Position numbers and translations under genes: made by a program. Shown here piece after piece: positions 18,008-27,155 of a stretch of 32,292 bases of DNA. The first letter of the stretch is position 1, and each line of letters starts with the position of its first letter. The stretch comes from Campylobacterota bacterium (GTDB lineage Bacteria; Campylobacterota; Campylobacteria; Campylobacterales; Sulfurimonadaceae), in assembly GCA_034717975.1 (NCBI GenBank), contig JAYEMF010000114.1, forward strand, positions 1-32,292. The letters are read 5' to 3'. The notes beneath the pieces are model-generated. The model saw only the letters and a program-made list of their open reading frames with translations, was not told the DNA's origin and made no database searches.

Positions 18008-20401
18008 ATGAAAGTAGAAGTTTCAAGACGTAAATTTCTTCAAGGCAGTGTGGCGCTGACAGTATTAGGGGGCAGTACCGTTGCCGTTCCCAGTCTCTTT
18101 TCCAGTGAACAAGAGAAAGAGAAGCCATCATTAAACTCGAGAACCGGTAACGGAGAATCCAAAGATATCCCGACACTGTGCGAGATGTGTGTCAACAAAT
18201 GTGCGGCACTGGCACGAGTTGAAAATGGGGTGGTAACAAAACTCAACCCAAATCCGATGTTTCCAAAATCTAAAAACATGTTGTGTCCAAGAGGAAATGC
18301 GGGAATTCAGGCATTGTATGATCCTGACCGCCTCAAATACCCGATGATCCGTGACGGTGAAAAGGGGAGTGGAAAGTTTAAGGCAGTCACATGGGATGAA
18401 GCCTATGATTACATCACCGAAAAGACATTGAAGATTCTTGATGAAGAGAAAGACAACCGTTCTTCATTCCTGTTTTGTGCGGGGGAAGGGATGGCAGAGC
18501 ATACCTTCAAGACATTCTTCAAGGGATTTGGTTCTGCAAACTGGCTCAATCACGCCTCTATCTGTCTGCAGACAGTCGCATCCGGTTATGGAGTCACCAT
18601 TGGAGCTTACCCTCAATCTGACCTTGACAATGCCGAGTACGTCATTATGGCCGGAGCCAATCGTGCCGAAGCCATTGTTACACCGGACACTATGGACCTG
18701 TTCAAGCGTACTAAACAAAGAGGGGCAAAACTGGTCTGTATTGACCCGCGTTTTACCAACACTGCGGCAAAAGCCGACAAGTGGCTGCCGATCAAACCTG
18801 GTACCGATTTGGCACTTGTTCTTGCTATGACCTACATTACCTTAACCGAAGAGCTTTATGACAAAAAGTATGTTGCGGAGTTCTTCAATGGTTTTGATGA
18901 GTACAAAGAGAGCGTCATCAGCAATAATTATACACCGGAATGGGCAGCGGGCATTACAGGCATCGCAGCCGAAGAGATTACAGAGATCACCAGAGATTTT
19001 ATGGCAGCAGCACCAAAGGCTGTCTACTACCCGGGGCGTCGAAGTACCTTTGCCAAAAATGATTTTCAGCTTCGCCGTGCAATGGCGATCTTTCAGGGAC
19101 TCAGCGGCGGGATCGACACAAAAGGCGGCCTGATCTTCGGTGATAAGATCAATATCAAAGGACATGAAGCACTTGAGCCGCTTTATGCGAGAGCAGAGTC
19201 CAGAGCCTCAGGTGAAAAGACAGAGCGCAAGAAAGGTGAACCAGGTTACGATGACTGTGCTATCGTTACCGGCGGTGGTTCATGGATAGGATGGCGTAAC
19301 CGCTTCCTTGAAGGAAGAATGCCATATAACGTGCGCGGTATGTTCATCTATAAACACAACCCTGTCATGAATATGCCAAATAGCGCCAAAACGATCGAGA
19401 TGCTTAAAAAGATGGAGCTTGTTGTCGCTATCGATACGATGCCAAGCGACACGGTGATGTATGCCGATGTCGTACTCCCGGAAGCCCACTATCTCGAAAG
19501 AACCGATCCGGTTAAGACTTTTGGCGGGGTAGAACCGTCAATTGCTCAGAGAAACAGAGTGGTCGAGCCTATGTATGAGAGCAAACCGGTACTGGATATT
19601 ATGCGAAGCCTGACCCGAAAGCTTAGCAAGCCTATGTTCGAGATCACCAAGAAATATGATGAAGATGTCCAGGAGGAGATTGAGGATTCAAGCGAAGAGG
19701 AGGTCTATGCAGAATTTGACCTCAACCTGCCATTCCATGAATCTCAGGAGATGATGAACGAGCATGCCGTTCATGACTACCATGGAGCAGCTGAAGCCCT
19801 GAGAGAGCATGGAGTCTACTATCCGAAAATGGATGAGTACTTCAAACAGACTTCGGTCAACGAACACCAGTACTATCCGGAAGATAAAAAAGCCTACAGC
19901 GTTGGTGGCGGAAAACTGAAAACTCCTTCAGGAAAACTGGAGTGTGTTATCAAAAGCCTTGCAGATAAAGGGATTGATCCTATGCCGGTATGGCGCACAG
20001 AGTATGAGTATACGATCCCGGAAGGCAAGTACAGAATGCTTACCGGTCGCCACGCTCAATTCACACAAAGCGGAACGGCAAACAACTCGATGTTAAGAGA
20101 CCTGATGTTTGAAAACTACATCTGGATCAACAAACGGGTAGCTAAAGCCAAAGGTATCGCATTTGGCGATATGATCGAAGTTTCCAGCACGGCCGGAACA
20201 ACAAGGATCAAAGCTTATCCGACAGAGAAGATCGCTCCAGACACTGTCTTCTTTATCCATGGCTTTGGCGAAGAGAGTGAGGCACTGACCTGGGCATATA
20301 AAAACGGTGGTAATGACAATGCCATTATCGAAGATGTCACAGAACCGGTTTACGGTGCTGCCGCCATGCATGAAACAAATGTAGAAATTAGGAAGGTGTA
20401 A
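18008..20401 (+). CDS. psrA: Polysulfide/thiosulfate reductase molybdopterin catalytic subunit
   Basis: SRRKFL Tat motif, CEMCVNKC...LCPRG Fe-S motif, YDPDRLKYP, NHASIC (Cys Mo ligand), PIKPGTD and ADVVLP; followed by B and C subunits. Confidence 0.85.
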   Translation: MKVEVSRRKFLQGSVALTVLGGSTVAVPSLFSSEQEKEKPSLNSRTGNGESKDIPTLCEMCVNKCAALARVENGVVTKLNPNPMFPKSKNMLCPRGNAGIQALYDPDRLKYPMIRDGEKGSGKFKAVTWDEAYDYITEKTLKILDEEKDNRSSFLFCAGEGMAEHTFKTFFKGFGSANWLNHASICLQTVASGYGVTIGAYPQSDLDNAEYVIMAGANRAEAIVTPDTMDLFKRTKQRGAKLVCIDPRFTNTAAKADKWLPIKPGTDLALVLAMTYITLTEELYDKKYVAEFFNGFDEYKESVISNNYTPEWAAGITGIAAEEITEITRDFMAAAPKAVYYPGRRSTFAKNDFQLRRAMAIFQGLSGGIDTKGGLIFGDKINIKGHEALEPLYARAESRASGEKTERKKGEPGYDDCAIVTGGGSWIGWRNRFLEGRMPYNVRGMFIYKHNPVMNMPNSAKTIEMLKKMELVVAIDTMPSDTVMYADVVLPEAHYLERTDPVKTFGGVEPSIAQRNRVVEPMYESKPVLDIMRSLTRKLSKPMFEITKKYDEDVQEEIEDSSEEEVYAEFDLNLPFHESQEMMNEHAVHDYHGAAEALREHGVYYPKMDEYFKQTSVNEHQYYPEDKKAYSVGGGKLKTPSGKLECVIKSLADKGIDPMPVWRTEYEYTIPEGKYRMLTGRHAQFTQSGTANNSMLRDLMFENYIWINKRVAKAKGIAFGDMIEVSSTAGTTRIKAYPTEKIAPDTVFFIHGFGEESEALTWAYKNGGNDNAIIEDVTEPVYGAAAMHETNVEIRKV

Positions 20402-20403
20402 TT

Positions 20404-20967
20404 ATGGCTAGATATGGAATGGCATTAGATTATAAAAACTGTATCAACTGTAAAGCATGTGAAACAGCTTGTAAAGAGGAAAACGGAATCCTGTTGGGTG
20501 CGGATGCACACAGGATCTGGGTAGGGACTGGCGAAATACAGGGGGAATATCCAATGCTCAGCATTGCGTCAAACACCTTCTATCCAAGCCAGTGTCAACA
20601 TTGTGACGAGGCCCCGTGTCAAGCGGTCTGTCCGACGCATGCGACCTACTATGATGACAACGGAGTAGTGCGTGTCGATCCGGAAAAGTGTATCTTGTGC
20701 AGTTACTGCATGAACGCCTGCCCTTATGATGCACGCTATGTTGATCAGAGAACGGTAACCGTTGACAAATGTAATTTCTGTTCTGACACCCGACTCGCTC
20801 GCGGCGAGACGACAACGGCATGTCAGAACACCTGTCCAACCAAGGTGAGAATCTTCGGCGATCTGGATGATCCTGAAAGCGAGATCTCTCAGGTACTGAT
20901 GACTAGAGAGAGCAAAACCCTCAAGACACATCTCGGTACCAAACCAAAATTGTTCTATCTACTGTAA
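20404..20967 (+). CDS. psrB: 4Fe-4S dicluster electron-transfer subunit (PsrB/NrfC family)
   Basis: CINCKACETAC, CQHCDEAPCQAVCP, CILCSYCMNACP and KCNFC...CQNTCP. Confidence 0.9.
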   Translation: MARYGMALDYKNCINCKACETACKEENGILLGADAHRIWVGTGEIQGEYPMLSIASNTFYPSQCQHCDEAPCQAVCPTHATYYDDNGVVRVDPEKCILCSYCMNACPYDARYVDQRTVTVDKCNFCSDTRLARGETTTACQNTCPTKVRIFGDLDDPESEISQVLMTRESKTLKTHLGTKPKLFYLL

Positions 20968-20979
20968 AAGGAGTCAAAA

Positions 20980-22170
20980 ATGAGTATTAAAGAATTTATA
21001 ACGACTATTCCTTATAACAAAGTATCGATCAAAGATATTTTATCGTTTGAAAAAACACCGAGGAATATGCTTCTTGCGGTAATGATATTGGCATTTTTGG
21101 CAATGTTTGTTGTAGGTGTAGCCACCTATTTGTCACATGGTCACCACGCCTACGGTGTAACAAGAGAACATCCATGGGGACTGCTGATCGCTGTCTACAT
21201 CTTTTTTGTTGTCTCGAGCACAGGACTTTGTATCGTCGGTTCACTAGGCGATGTTTTTGGCTTTAAAGACTATATGCAGATCTCCAAACGCGCCATTTTC
21301 GGTTCGATCGTCACGATCTTAGCAGGTTTTGCCGTCATCGCGTTTGAGATCGGTCACCCGGTGACCATGCTGATCTACAATGTCCTTAGCCCAGGGTTGA
21401 CTTCAGCGATCTGGTGGATGGGAACCCTTTATGGCATCTACCTTACTTTTATGATCATCGAGTTTGTTTTCCTGCTCAAAAATGACATGAAATGGGCACG
21501 CTATTTTGGACTTTCCGGTCTGCTTGTGGGTCTTGCAGCACACTCAAACCTTGGTAGTGTCTTTGGTTTTTTAAATGCGCGTCCGATCTCAAATGGTGTT
21601 TTTTATCCAACCTATTTTATTTTGACCGCATTTATTACCGGTATCTACCTTGCATTCATTATGTACGGGTTCAGATATCACCTGAAATTCAATGAAAGTG
21701 CAACGAAGATGCTGACAAACCTGGCAAAGATCCAGGGACTGTTAATCTCGATTTTGATTTTCTTTGTCACCTGGAAAATGCTGACAGACATCTATGGCGG
21801 TATGCCAAACCGTGCTGAAGTAGGCATGCATATTTTAGGAAGCTGGACATTCTGGGCAGAAGTCATCCTCGCGATGGTCATTCCTCTGATCATCATCTTA
21901 AAAGATATGGGTAAAAATGTAATAGGCATGTTCTGGGCATCCATGAGTGGTATGGTCGGAATTATGTTCATGCGCTATAACCTTGTGCATGACACCCAGC
22001 TAAAACCGCTTCAGATGATGAAAAAAACAGAGTATCAACTCGCTCCCGAGTGGATTGAGTATATGCCCTCATCGGCAGAGATTATGATCTCTTTAGGAGG
22101 CGTTGGTCTTTGTCTCCTGATGTATTATGTGGGAACAAAAGTCTTTAACCTTGATGAAGATCACCACTAG
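20980..22170 (+). CDS. psrC: NrfD/PsrC family membrane anchor (quinol-interacting)
   Basis: PWGLLIAVYIFF, EIGHP, TSAIWW, multiple TM helices and YMPSSAE. Confidence 0.88.
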   Translation: MSIKEFITTIPYNKVSIKDILSFEKTPRNMLLAVMILAFLAMFVVGVATYLSHGHHAYGVTREHPWGLLIAVYIFFVVSSTGLCIVGSLGDVFGFKDYMQISKRAIFGSIVTILAGFAVIAFEIGHPVTMLIYNVLSPGLTSAIWWMGTLYGIYLTFMIIEFVFLLKNDMKWARYFGLSGLLVGLAAHSNLGSVFGFLNARPISNGVFYPTYFILTAFITGIYLAFIMYGFRYHLKFNESATKMLTNLAKIQGLLISILIFFVTWKMLTDIYGGMPNRAEVGMHILGSWTFWAEVILAMVIPLIIILKDMGKNVIGMFWASMSGMVGIMFMRYNLVHDTQLKPLQMMKKTEYQLAPEWIEYMPSSAEIMISLGGVGLCLLMYYVGTKVFNLDEDHH

Positions 22171-22454
22171 AGTGATGTCAAACGGCTAAGCCCGTTTGGC
22201 CATATCTCATCACGAAAAACAATTCTATCTATACAGTAAGTTCTTCACTCTCTTCTTTAACATCTGATTACTCTTTTCGCAATCAACGCTTCTCTATTTA
22301 CCCGCCTATTGAATTCTATAAGTGGTGCACTTTAAGTTTGAAATAGCGTTTGCAAAAGAGTTATCCTTGATAAAAATAGATCAAGTTAAGAAAGAAAATT
22401 TTGATATCTGCAGAAGAAATTTAGAAGAGTAGCTAGATTAAAAAGAGGGTAGAA

Positions 22455-22475
22455 GGGTTGCCAGAAGGCAAACCC
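22455..22475 (-). terminator. Probable terminator of the cytochrome-c-like gene
   Basis: GGGTTGCC-agaa-GGCAAACCC hairpin with one bulge just past the stop; pyrimidine-rich tail on the minus strand. Confidence 0.5.
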
Positions 22476-22481
22476 CTGGTA

Positions 22482-22799
22482 TTAACAAGAAGGTACGTTA
22501 CCGCTGTCGCTACCGTATTGGTGGAAGAAGTCAAACAGGTGTGGAAGATATTTCTCTTTTAAACCTTTAACTTTAGGACACTGCTTTTGAATCTCTTCAA
22601 GAAGTTTACCCTCTTCATTAATCTCTGTCCACTCATCTTGTGTGTGTGATCCAGCCATTTTAGCTCCAGATATACCACAAGCTTTTTTAAGCTTTTTAGA
22701 GTAAAGTTTTTGACCTTTAGCCGCATCCGCCATTGCAGATGTAGACATCATTCCAAGTGTAACCATAGCTGTAAGTGCAATACCAGCAATTTTTGTCAT
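22482..22799 (-). CDS. Secreted 105-aa cytochrome-c-like protein lacking CXXCH
   Basis: AAGGAG RBS before ATG 22799; signal peptide ending AMA; DAAKGQKLY start; Cys41, Cys74 and terminal Cys105. Confidence 0.8.
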   Translation of the reverse strand: MTKIAGIALTAMVTLGMMSTSAMADAAKGQKLYSKKLKKACGISGAKMAGSHTQDEWTEINEEGKLLEEIQKQCPKVKGLKEKYLPHLFDFFHQYGSDSGNVPSC

Positions 22800-23000
22800 C
22801 GAATCTCCTTGTATAAAGTATAATATTATATCATTCAAAAAATAAAATCTTATTTATTCTTTGTAATCATACTCTCCGCGCTATTTTACCTGTAACTTAT
22901 CACTACAATATCTCGCTACAAGGTGATATTCAGATTCTCATCAGTAAAATAAGAATATCTCTAAAAAAACCCATATTGAGCCAAAAAAGCGGGAGCGTTT

Positions 23001-25163
23001 ATGCCACTCATCAGCCAGTGCCGAACTGACAAATCAACCATTGTTCATCTTCAGCAACTTGAAAATGGAGATATTGGTGTTGTCACTGCCAATGACGGCG
23101 TTTATCTGCTTGAGCATGCAACCTGTAAAATCATCACCCATCTCAAGATCGATGAACTTGAACCACATGCTCATGGTATCGCTTTTAGTCCGGACGGCGG
23201 TTATTTTGCCTTTTCGCATGAGACTTCAAAAGGGCACGCCCTTCGTCTTATTGATATTGAATCAAAGAGGTTGATACGCTCTTACGCTACTCAGGAAAAT
23301 TCTATTGAGCAGCTCTCATTTGATCCCTCATCTACCTACATTGTTGCAGGAACCTCTACCGGACGGGTTTTTCTCTGGCGTGTTGATGGCATCAACCTGA
23401 TTGCACGTCTCTCTTCATTTCCCGAATTTACTCCAACCATGCTCACTGCACCAACACACAACTACGTCTCAGCTATCGCATTCTCTGACACGATGGTGGC
23501 TACAAGCGGCTATGGCGGTTCCATCGTCGTCACCAACCTTCGGTCACAGGCCAATACCCGGCGCTTGAAACCGGGGAGACGCCGTATCGACGCCATCTGC
23601 TTTATGGATGACAACCACTTGATCAGCGGCAATGAGGATGGTCTGATTGAATTGATCCATATAGAGGAGCATCACCCAATCAAACGTGTCCCTACGACCA
23701 TTGGGGCCATAGCACATCTGCAATATTTCAGTGAAAACAAATTTCTATTGGCTGCTTCAAAATATAATCACATTGCACTAATCAATATAGCGACTATGGA
23801 AGTGGCTGACAATCACTACATCGCTACCGATTCACCGATTCGGGCAATGACCCGGAATGCTCCAAACTCCCTTCTTATAGGCCTTGAAAATGGCGAGATC
23901 AAGCAGGCTGAGCTCTCCCCTTTTTCAGAATTTGATCTATTGGTTGATGATGAGAACTACCGTCTAGCTTATGCCATGGCGGATCATGAGCCTATTATCA
24001 GAAGCTCTGTCGCCTTTCAAAAAATGGATGAACGTTTCCATCTTGCTTACAACAAGGCTCTGCGGGCACTCGCTTCCGGCAGACATGATGATGCCAAGAT
24101 ATTTTTAATACCTTTTGGCAAAGTACCGCAAAAAAGTCATAAGATCCAGATGCTCTTTAATGCTTTTGATAACTTTCCGCGCTTTAAACATCTGATCAAA
24201 GAGACAAAATATGCGGCGGCCTATGGTCTGAGCGTACAGTACCCCTCGCTTCAACAGACAAAGAGCTATGCCAATCTTGAAGAGCAGTGGGAAAAAGCCT
24301 TCACTAAAGCCCAAAAACTGATTATTAAAGGGGATGAGGCCCATGCAAAAGCTGCCTTTGCCGATTTTCTGACCGTTCCGGCTAAAAGTACATTCATCCG
24401 CCTTCTTCTGCATCGCACCAAGGTAGTTATCGCCTTTTCCAAAGCGATCCATGCCAGAGACTTCATCACGCTAAAAAAACTGACAGAAAATGATCCTGTC
24501 CTCTGCGACACCCCCTCTTACAAAGCGATCATAGCCAGTGCCGATGAGATGATTGAGTCGATTATGCGCGCCATCAAGACCAATCAGTTTGAAAAAGCCT
24601 CACAATTGGCCGATGAACTCAAACAGATTCCTCACCTCACACACCATTATGACCATATTGTACAGTTTCTCCAAAAAGCTGAGCGCTTACAGCTAAACCT
24701 CGAAAAAGGCAATAAACAGCGCTATTATGAGCTCCTTGACCGTTCAAGTGAACTTTCCGTACTCCCACAGGCCAAAAAGATGGAAAAAGCATGGGAGAAG
24801 ATGATTGAATCATGTGAAGAGGCAGTCATTGCAGGCAATACAGCTTCCCTCAAAGAGATCCTTGGTGAACTGATCACCCTTAGCACCCGCAGTGACAAGA
24901 TCGGCAACCTTCTGCGCAGCAGTTATCAGATGCAGTTAAAATACTATCTGACACGGCACGAATATGAGATGATGAAACAGGGAATTGAGCAGTATGTCTT
25001 TCTGTTTGGAATGGATAATGAAACCTATCAGTTGATTCGTCTGCTTAACGAAGAGGGAGAAGGTTTTAGCCTCAGTGAAGAGCAGACCCAGCACCGTCCA
25101 CGTTCACTCTGGCTGACCCTGACGCAGGGGAAACTACCTGATGATATTGCAAAATTCCAATAA
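23001..25163 (+). CDS. WD40-like beta-propeller plus alpha-helical repeat protein (720 aa)
   Basis: IAFSPDGGYFA, LSFDPSSTYIVAGTSTGRVFLW, LISGNEDG and LLIGLENGEI blades; helical C-terminal ~400 aa with an internally repeated pattern. Confidence 0.75.
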   Translation: MPLISQCRTDKSTIVHLQQLENGDIGVVTANDGVYLLEHATCKIITHLKIDELEPHAHGIAFSPDGGYFAFSHETSKGHALRLIDIESKRLIRSYATQENSIEQLSFDPSSTYIVAGTSTGRVFLWRVDGINLIARLSSFPEFTPTMLTAPTHNYVSAIAFSDTMVATSGYGGSIVVTNLRSQANTRRLKPGRRRIDAICFMDDNHLISGNEDGLIELIHIEEHHPIKRVPTTIGAIAHLQYFSENKFLLAASKYNHIALINIATMEVADNHYIATDSPIRAMTRNAPNSLLIGLENGEIKQAELSPFSEFDLLVDDENYRLAYAMADHEPIIRSSVAFQKMDERFHLAYNKALRALASGRHDDAKIFLIPFGKVPQKSHKIQMLFNAFDNFPRFKHLIKETKYAAAYGLSVQYPSLQQTKSYANLEEQWEKAFTKAQKLIIKGDEAHAKAAFADFLTVPAKSTFIRLLLHRTKVVIAFSKAIHARDFITLKKLTENDPVLCDTPSYKAIIASADEMIESIMRAIKTNQFEKASQLADELKQIPHLTHHYDHIVQFLQKAERLQLNLEKGNKQRYYELLDRSSELSVLPQAKKMEKAWEKMIESCEEAVIAGNTASLKEILGELITLSTRSDKIGNLLRSSYQMQLKYYLTRHEYEMMKQGIEQYVFLFGMDNETYQLIRLLNEEGEGFSLSEEQTQHRPRSLWLTLTQGKLPDDIAKFQ

Positions 25164-25190
25164 CACTGTTTAATTGAATTTAGGGCACCT

Positions 25191-26375
25191 TTACTCTTCT
25201 TGCCTGATACTTCGCAGCCACTCACCCATCTTCTGCTCATAACCGATCGGCTTGAATGAGACAAACTTCATCGGCCGGCTCAGATACTCCTGCTTGACCC
25301 ATCCACCGAAATCGTGCGGATAGAGATAGTTTTCATTCCACTGCTGAATGTTTTTTGGAATCTCCAATAATACGCCGTCTCGCACTGCCTTTTGCGCTTC
25401 ATTGATGGCTGCATAGGCGCTGTTTGATTTTGGCGAGGCAGAGAGGTAGATTACGGCCTGAGAGAGGATAATCCGGGCTTCGGGATACCCTATTTTAGAT
25501 ACTGAGGTCATTGCACTCGTACAGAGTGTCAATGCCTGAGGATTGGCATTGCCCACATCTTCACTGGCCAAAATTACAAGACGCCGGGCGATGAACTCAG
25601 GCGGTTCACCGCCTTCTATCAGCCGTGCCAGGTAATAAACCGCTGCGTCCGGGTCGGAACCGCGTATCGATTTGATCATGGCACTGGCCAGATCATAGTG
25701 TACGCCCGCTTCCGAACTGCCCTGACTCTGCGCACTCGGCCGAAGCGAGACAAGATGCTCATAGCTGATATGTGCATCAAGCACTGAAGCGAACTCAAGC
25801 AGTTTCAACATGGCACGGGCATCCCCGCCGGATGATCGGACAATGTAGGCTTTGGCATCATCTTCCATGCTCAATTTTCCATCTCTCAATGCACGTTCAA
25901 GCAGCTGGGCTAACGCGTTGTTACCGATGGTTTTGAGTTCAAACAGCATGGAGCGTGACCGCATTGCCGCTGTTAGTGAAAAATAGGGATTTTCAGTCGA
26001 AGCACCGATAACTAACACACTGTTACTCTCCATGACGGGAAGTAGTACCTCTTGCTGGTTCTTTGCCAGCCGATGCACTTCATCGATAAAGATCAATGGC
26101 CGCTGAAGTGTATTTTTGTATTGATCGAAGATCTTGCGAAGCTGCTCGATCTTCAGGGAAGTGGCATTGAACTCATAAAAGGGGAGGTCCAAAACATTGG
26201 AAATAATACGGGCAATAGTCGTTTTACCGGAACCGGGAGGCCCGTAGAAAAAAGAGTGCCCGAGCCCTTCGGCTTCACATAACTTTCTGAGCGGTGCATC
26301 AGGTGAACTAAGGTGGAGCTGTCCGACCATCCCGTCAAAAGAAGTTGGGCGTAAAAGTTGTGTAAAATCTGACAT
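25191..26375 (-). CDS. rarA: Replication-associated recombination protein A (RarA/MgsA AAA+ ATPase)
   Basis: GPPGSGKTT, FIDEVHR, ASTENPYF, SAMIKSIRGSDPDAA, ASEDVGNA and YLYPHD. Confidence 0.96.
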   Translation of the reverse strand: MSDFTQLLRPTSFDGMVGQLHLSSPDAPLRKLCEAEGLGHSFFYGPPGSGKTTIARIISNVLDLPFYEFNATSLKIEQLRKIFDQYKNTLQRPLIFIDEVHRLAKNQQEVLLPVMESNSVLVIGASTENPYFSLTAAMRSRSMLFELKTIGNNALAQLLERALRDGKLSMEDDAKAYIVRSSGGDARAMLKLLEFASVLDAHISYEHLVSLRPSAQSQGSSEAGVHYDLASAMIKSIRGSDPDAAVYYLARLIEGGEPPEFIARRLVILASEDVGNANPQALTLCTSAMTSVSKIGYPEARIILSQAVIYLSASPKSNSAYAAINEAQKAVRDGVLLEIPKNIQQWNENYLYPHDFGGWVKQEYLSRPMKFVSFKPIGYEQKMGEWLRSIRQEE

Positions 26376-26384
26376 AAAAGGATA

Positions 26385-27155
26385 TTACTGTTTTTTCTTG
26401 ACTTCGGCTAGAAACTGGTGCAGACTGCCATATTCGCTGCGGGAGAGAAAACGCGTCTTGCCGGTTGGAAGGTTATTTAGTTCAATCCCGCCAAAACTCA
26501 AACGCTTCAGGTCCGCCACCTCAGCTCCAAAGTGAGCGAAAAAACGTCTGATCTCACGGTTTTGGCCCTCTCCGATGGCAATTTTCAAGATAGAGTAGTC
26601 CCCACGGTTTTTCTGTATCTGATACGCATAAAACGGTGCAAAATGCATGCCCGTCACTTCACTCTCATAGTGGCCGCCTGCCGTTGCATCATCCAGAACC
26701 AGACCATTGGTCATGGCCGCTTCCATCTCTTCGGTAACCAGGCCTTTGATCTTTACTTTGTATACACGCTCAAGTTTTGAGGTCATCAGAGCATTGGCCA
26801 CGCGCGAAGCATCGGTAAGCAACAGCAGCCCTTCCGTTGCATAATCAAGCCGTCCCACCGGAATGAAGTGCTTATATTTGTGATCCAGTGTATCATAGAT
26901 CGTACGCCGGCCTTTCGGATCACTTTTTGTCACCAGTTCACCTTTTGGCTTGCTGTAGGCGATCACCGTAAACTGATCCGTCGGGACGATCTTCTTGCCG
27001 CTAATATAGACTTTGGCCCATCGCTCATCTACCTGTGTCGCCGGATTTGTCTCCACCTCATCATCAACACGGACATAACCATCCTGAATAGCTTTGTCGG
27101 CCTCACGGCGTGAATAGGTCGAATAGTGGGCAATAAATTTATTGAGTCGCATCAT
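26385..27155 (-). CDS. rluB: S4-domain rRNA pseudouridine synthase (RsuA/RluB family)
   Basis: RLNKFIA...SRREAD S4 domain, PVGRLDYATEGLLLLTD and EGQNREIRR. Confidence 0.85.
   Translation of the reverse strand: MMRLNKFIAHYSTYSRREADKAIQDGYVRVDDEVETNPATQVDERWAKVYISGKKIVPTDQFTVIAYSKPKGELVTKSDPKGRRTIYDTLDHKYKHFIPVGRLDYATEGLLLLTDASRVANALMTSKLERVYKVKIKGLVTEEMEAAMTNGLVLDDATAGGHYESEVTGMHFAPFYAYQIQKNRGDYSILKIAIGEGQNREIRRFFAHFGAEVADLKRLSFGGIELNNLPTGKTRFLSRSEYGSLHQFLAEVKKKQ

Noticed and set aside
18008..20401. Formate dehydrogenase, nitrate reductase or selenoprotein call for the molybdoenzyme
   Set aside because: There is no in-frame TGA, and the HASIC ligand region plus PsrB/NrfD-type partners fit the Psr/Phs clade
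22367..22384. FNR-like box TTGAT...ATCAA
   Set aside because: The spacer is 8 nt rather than 4, and the site lies between convergent genes
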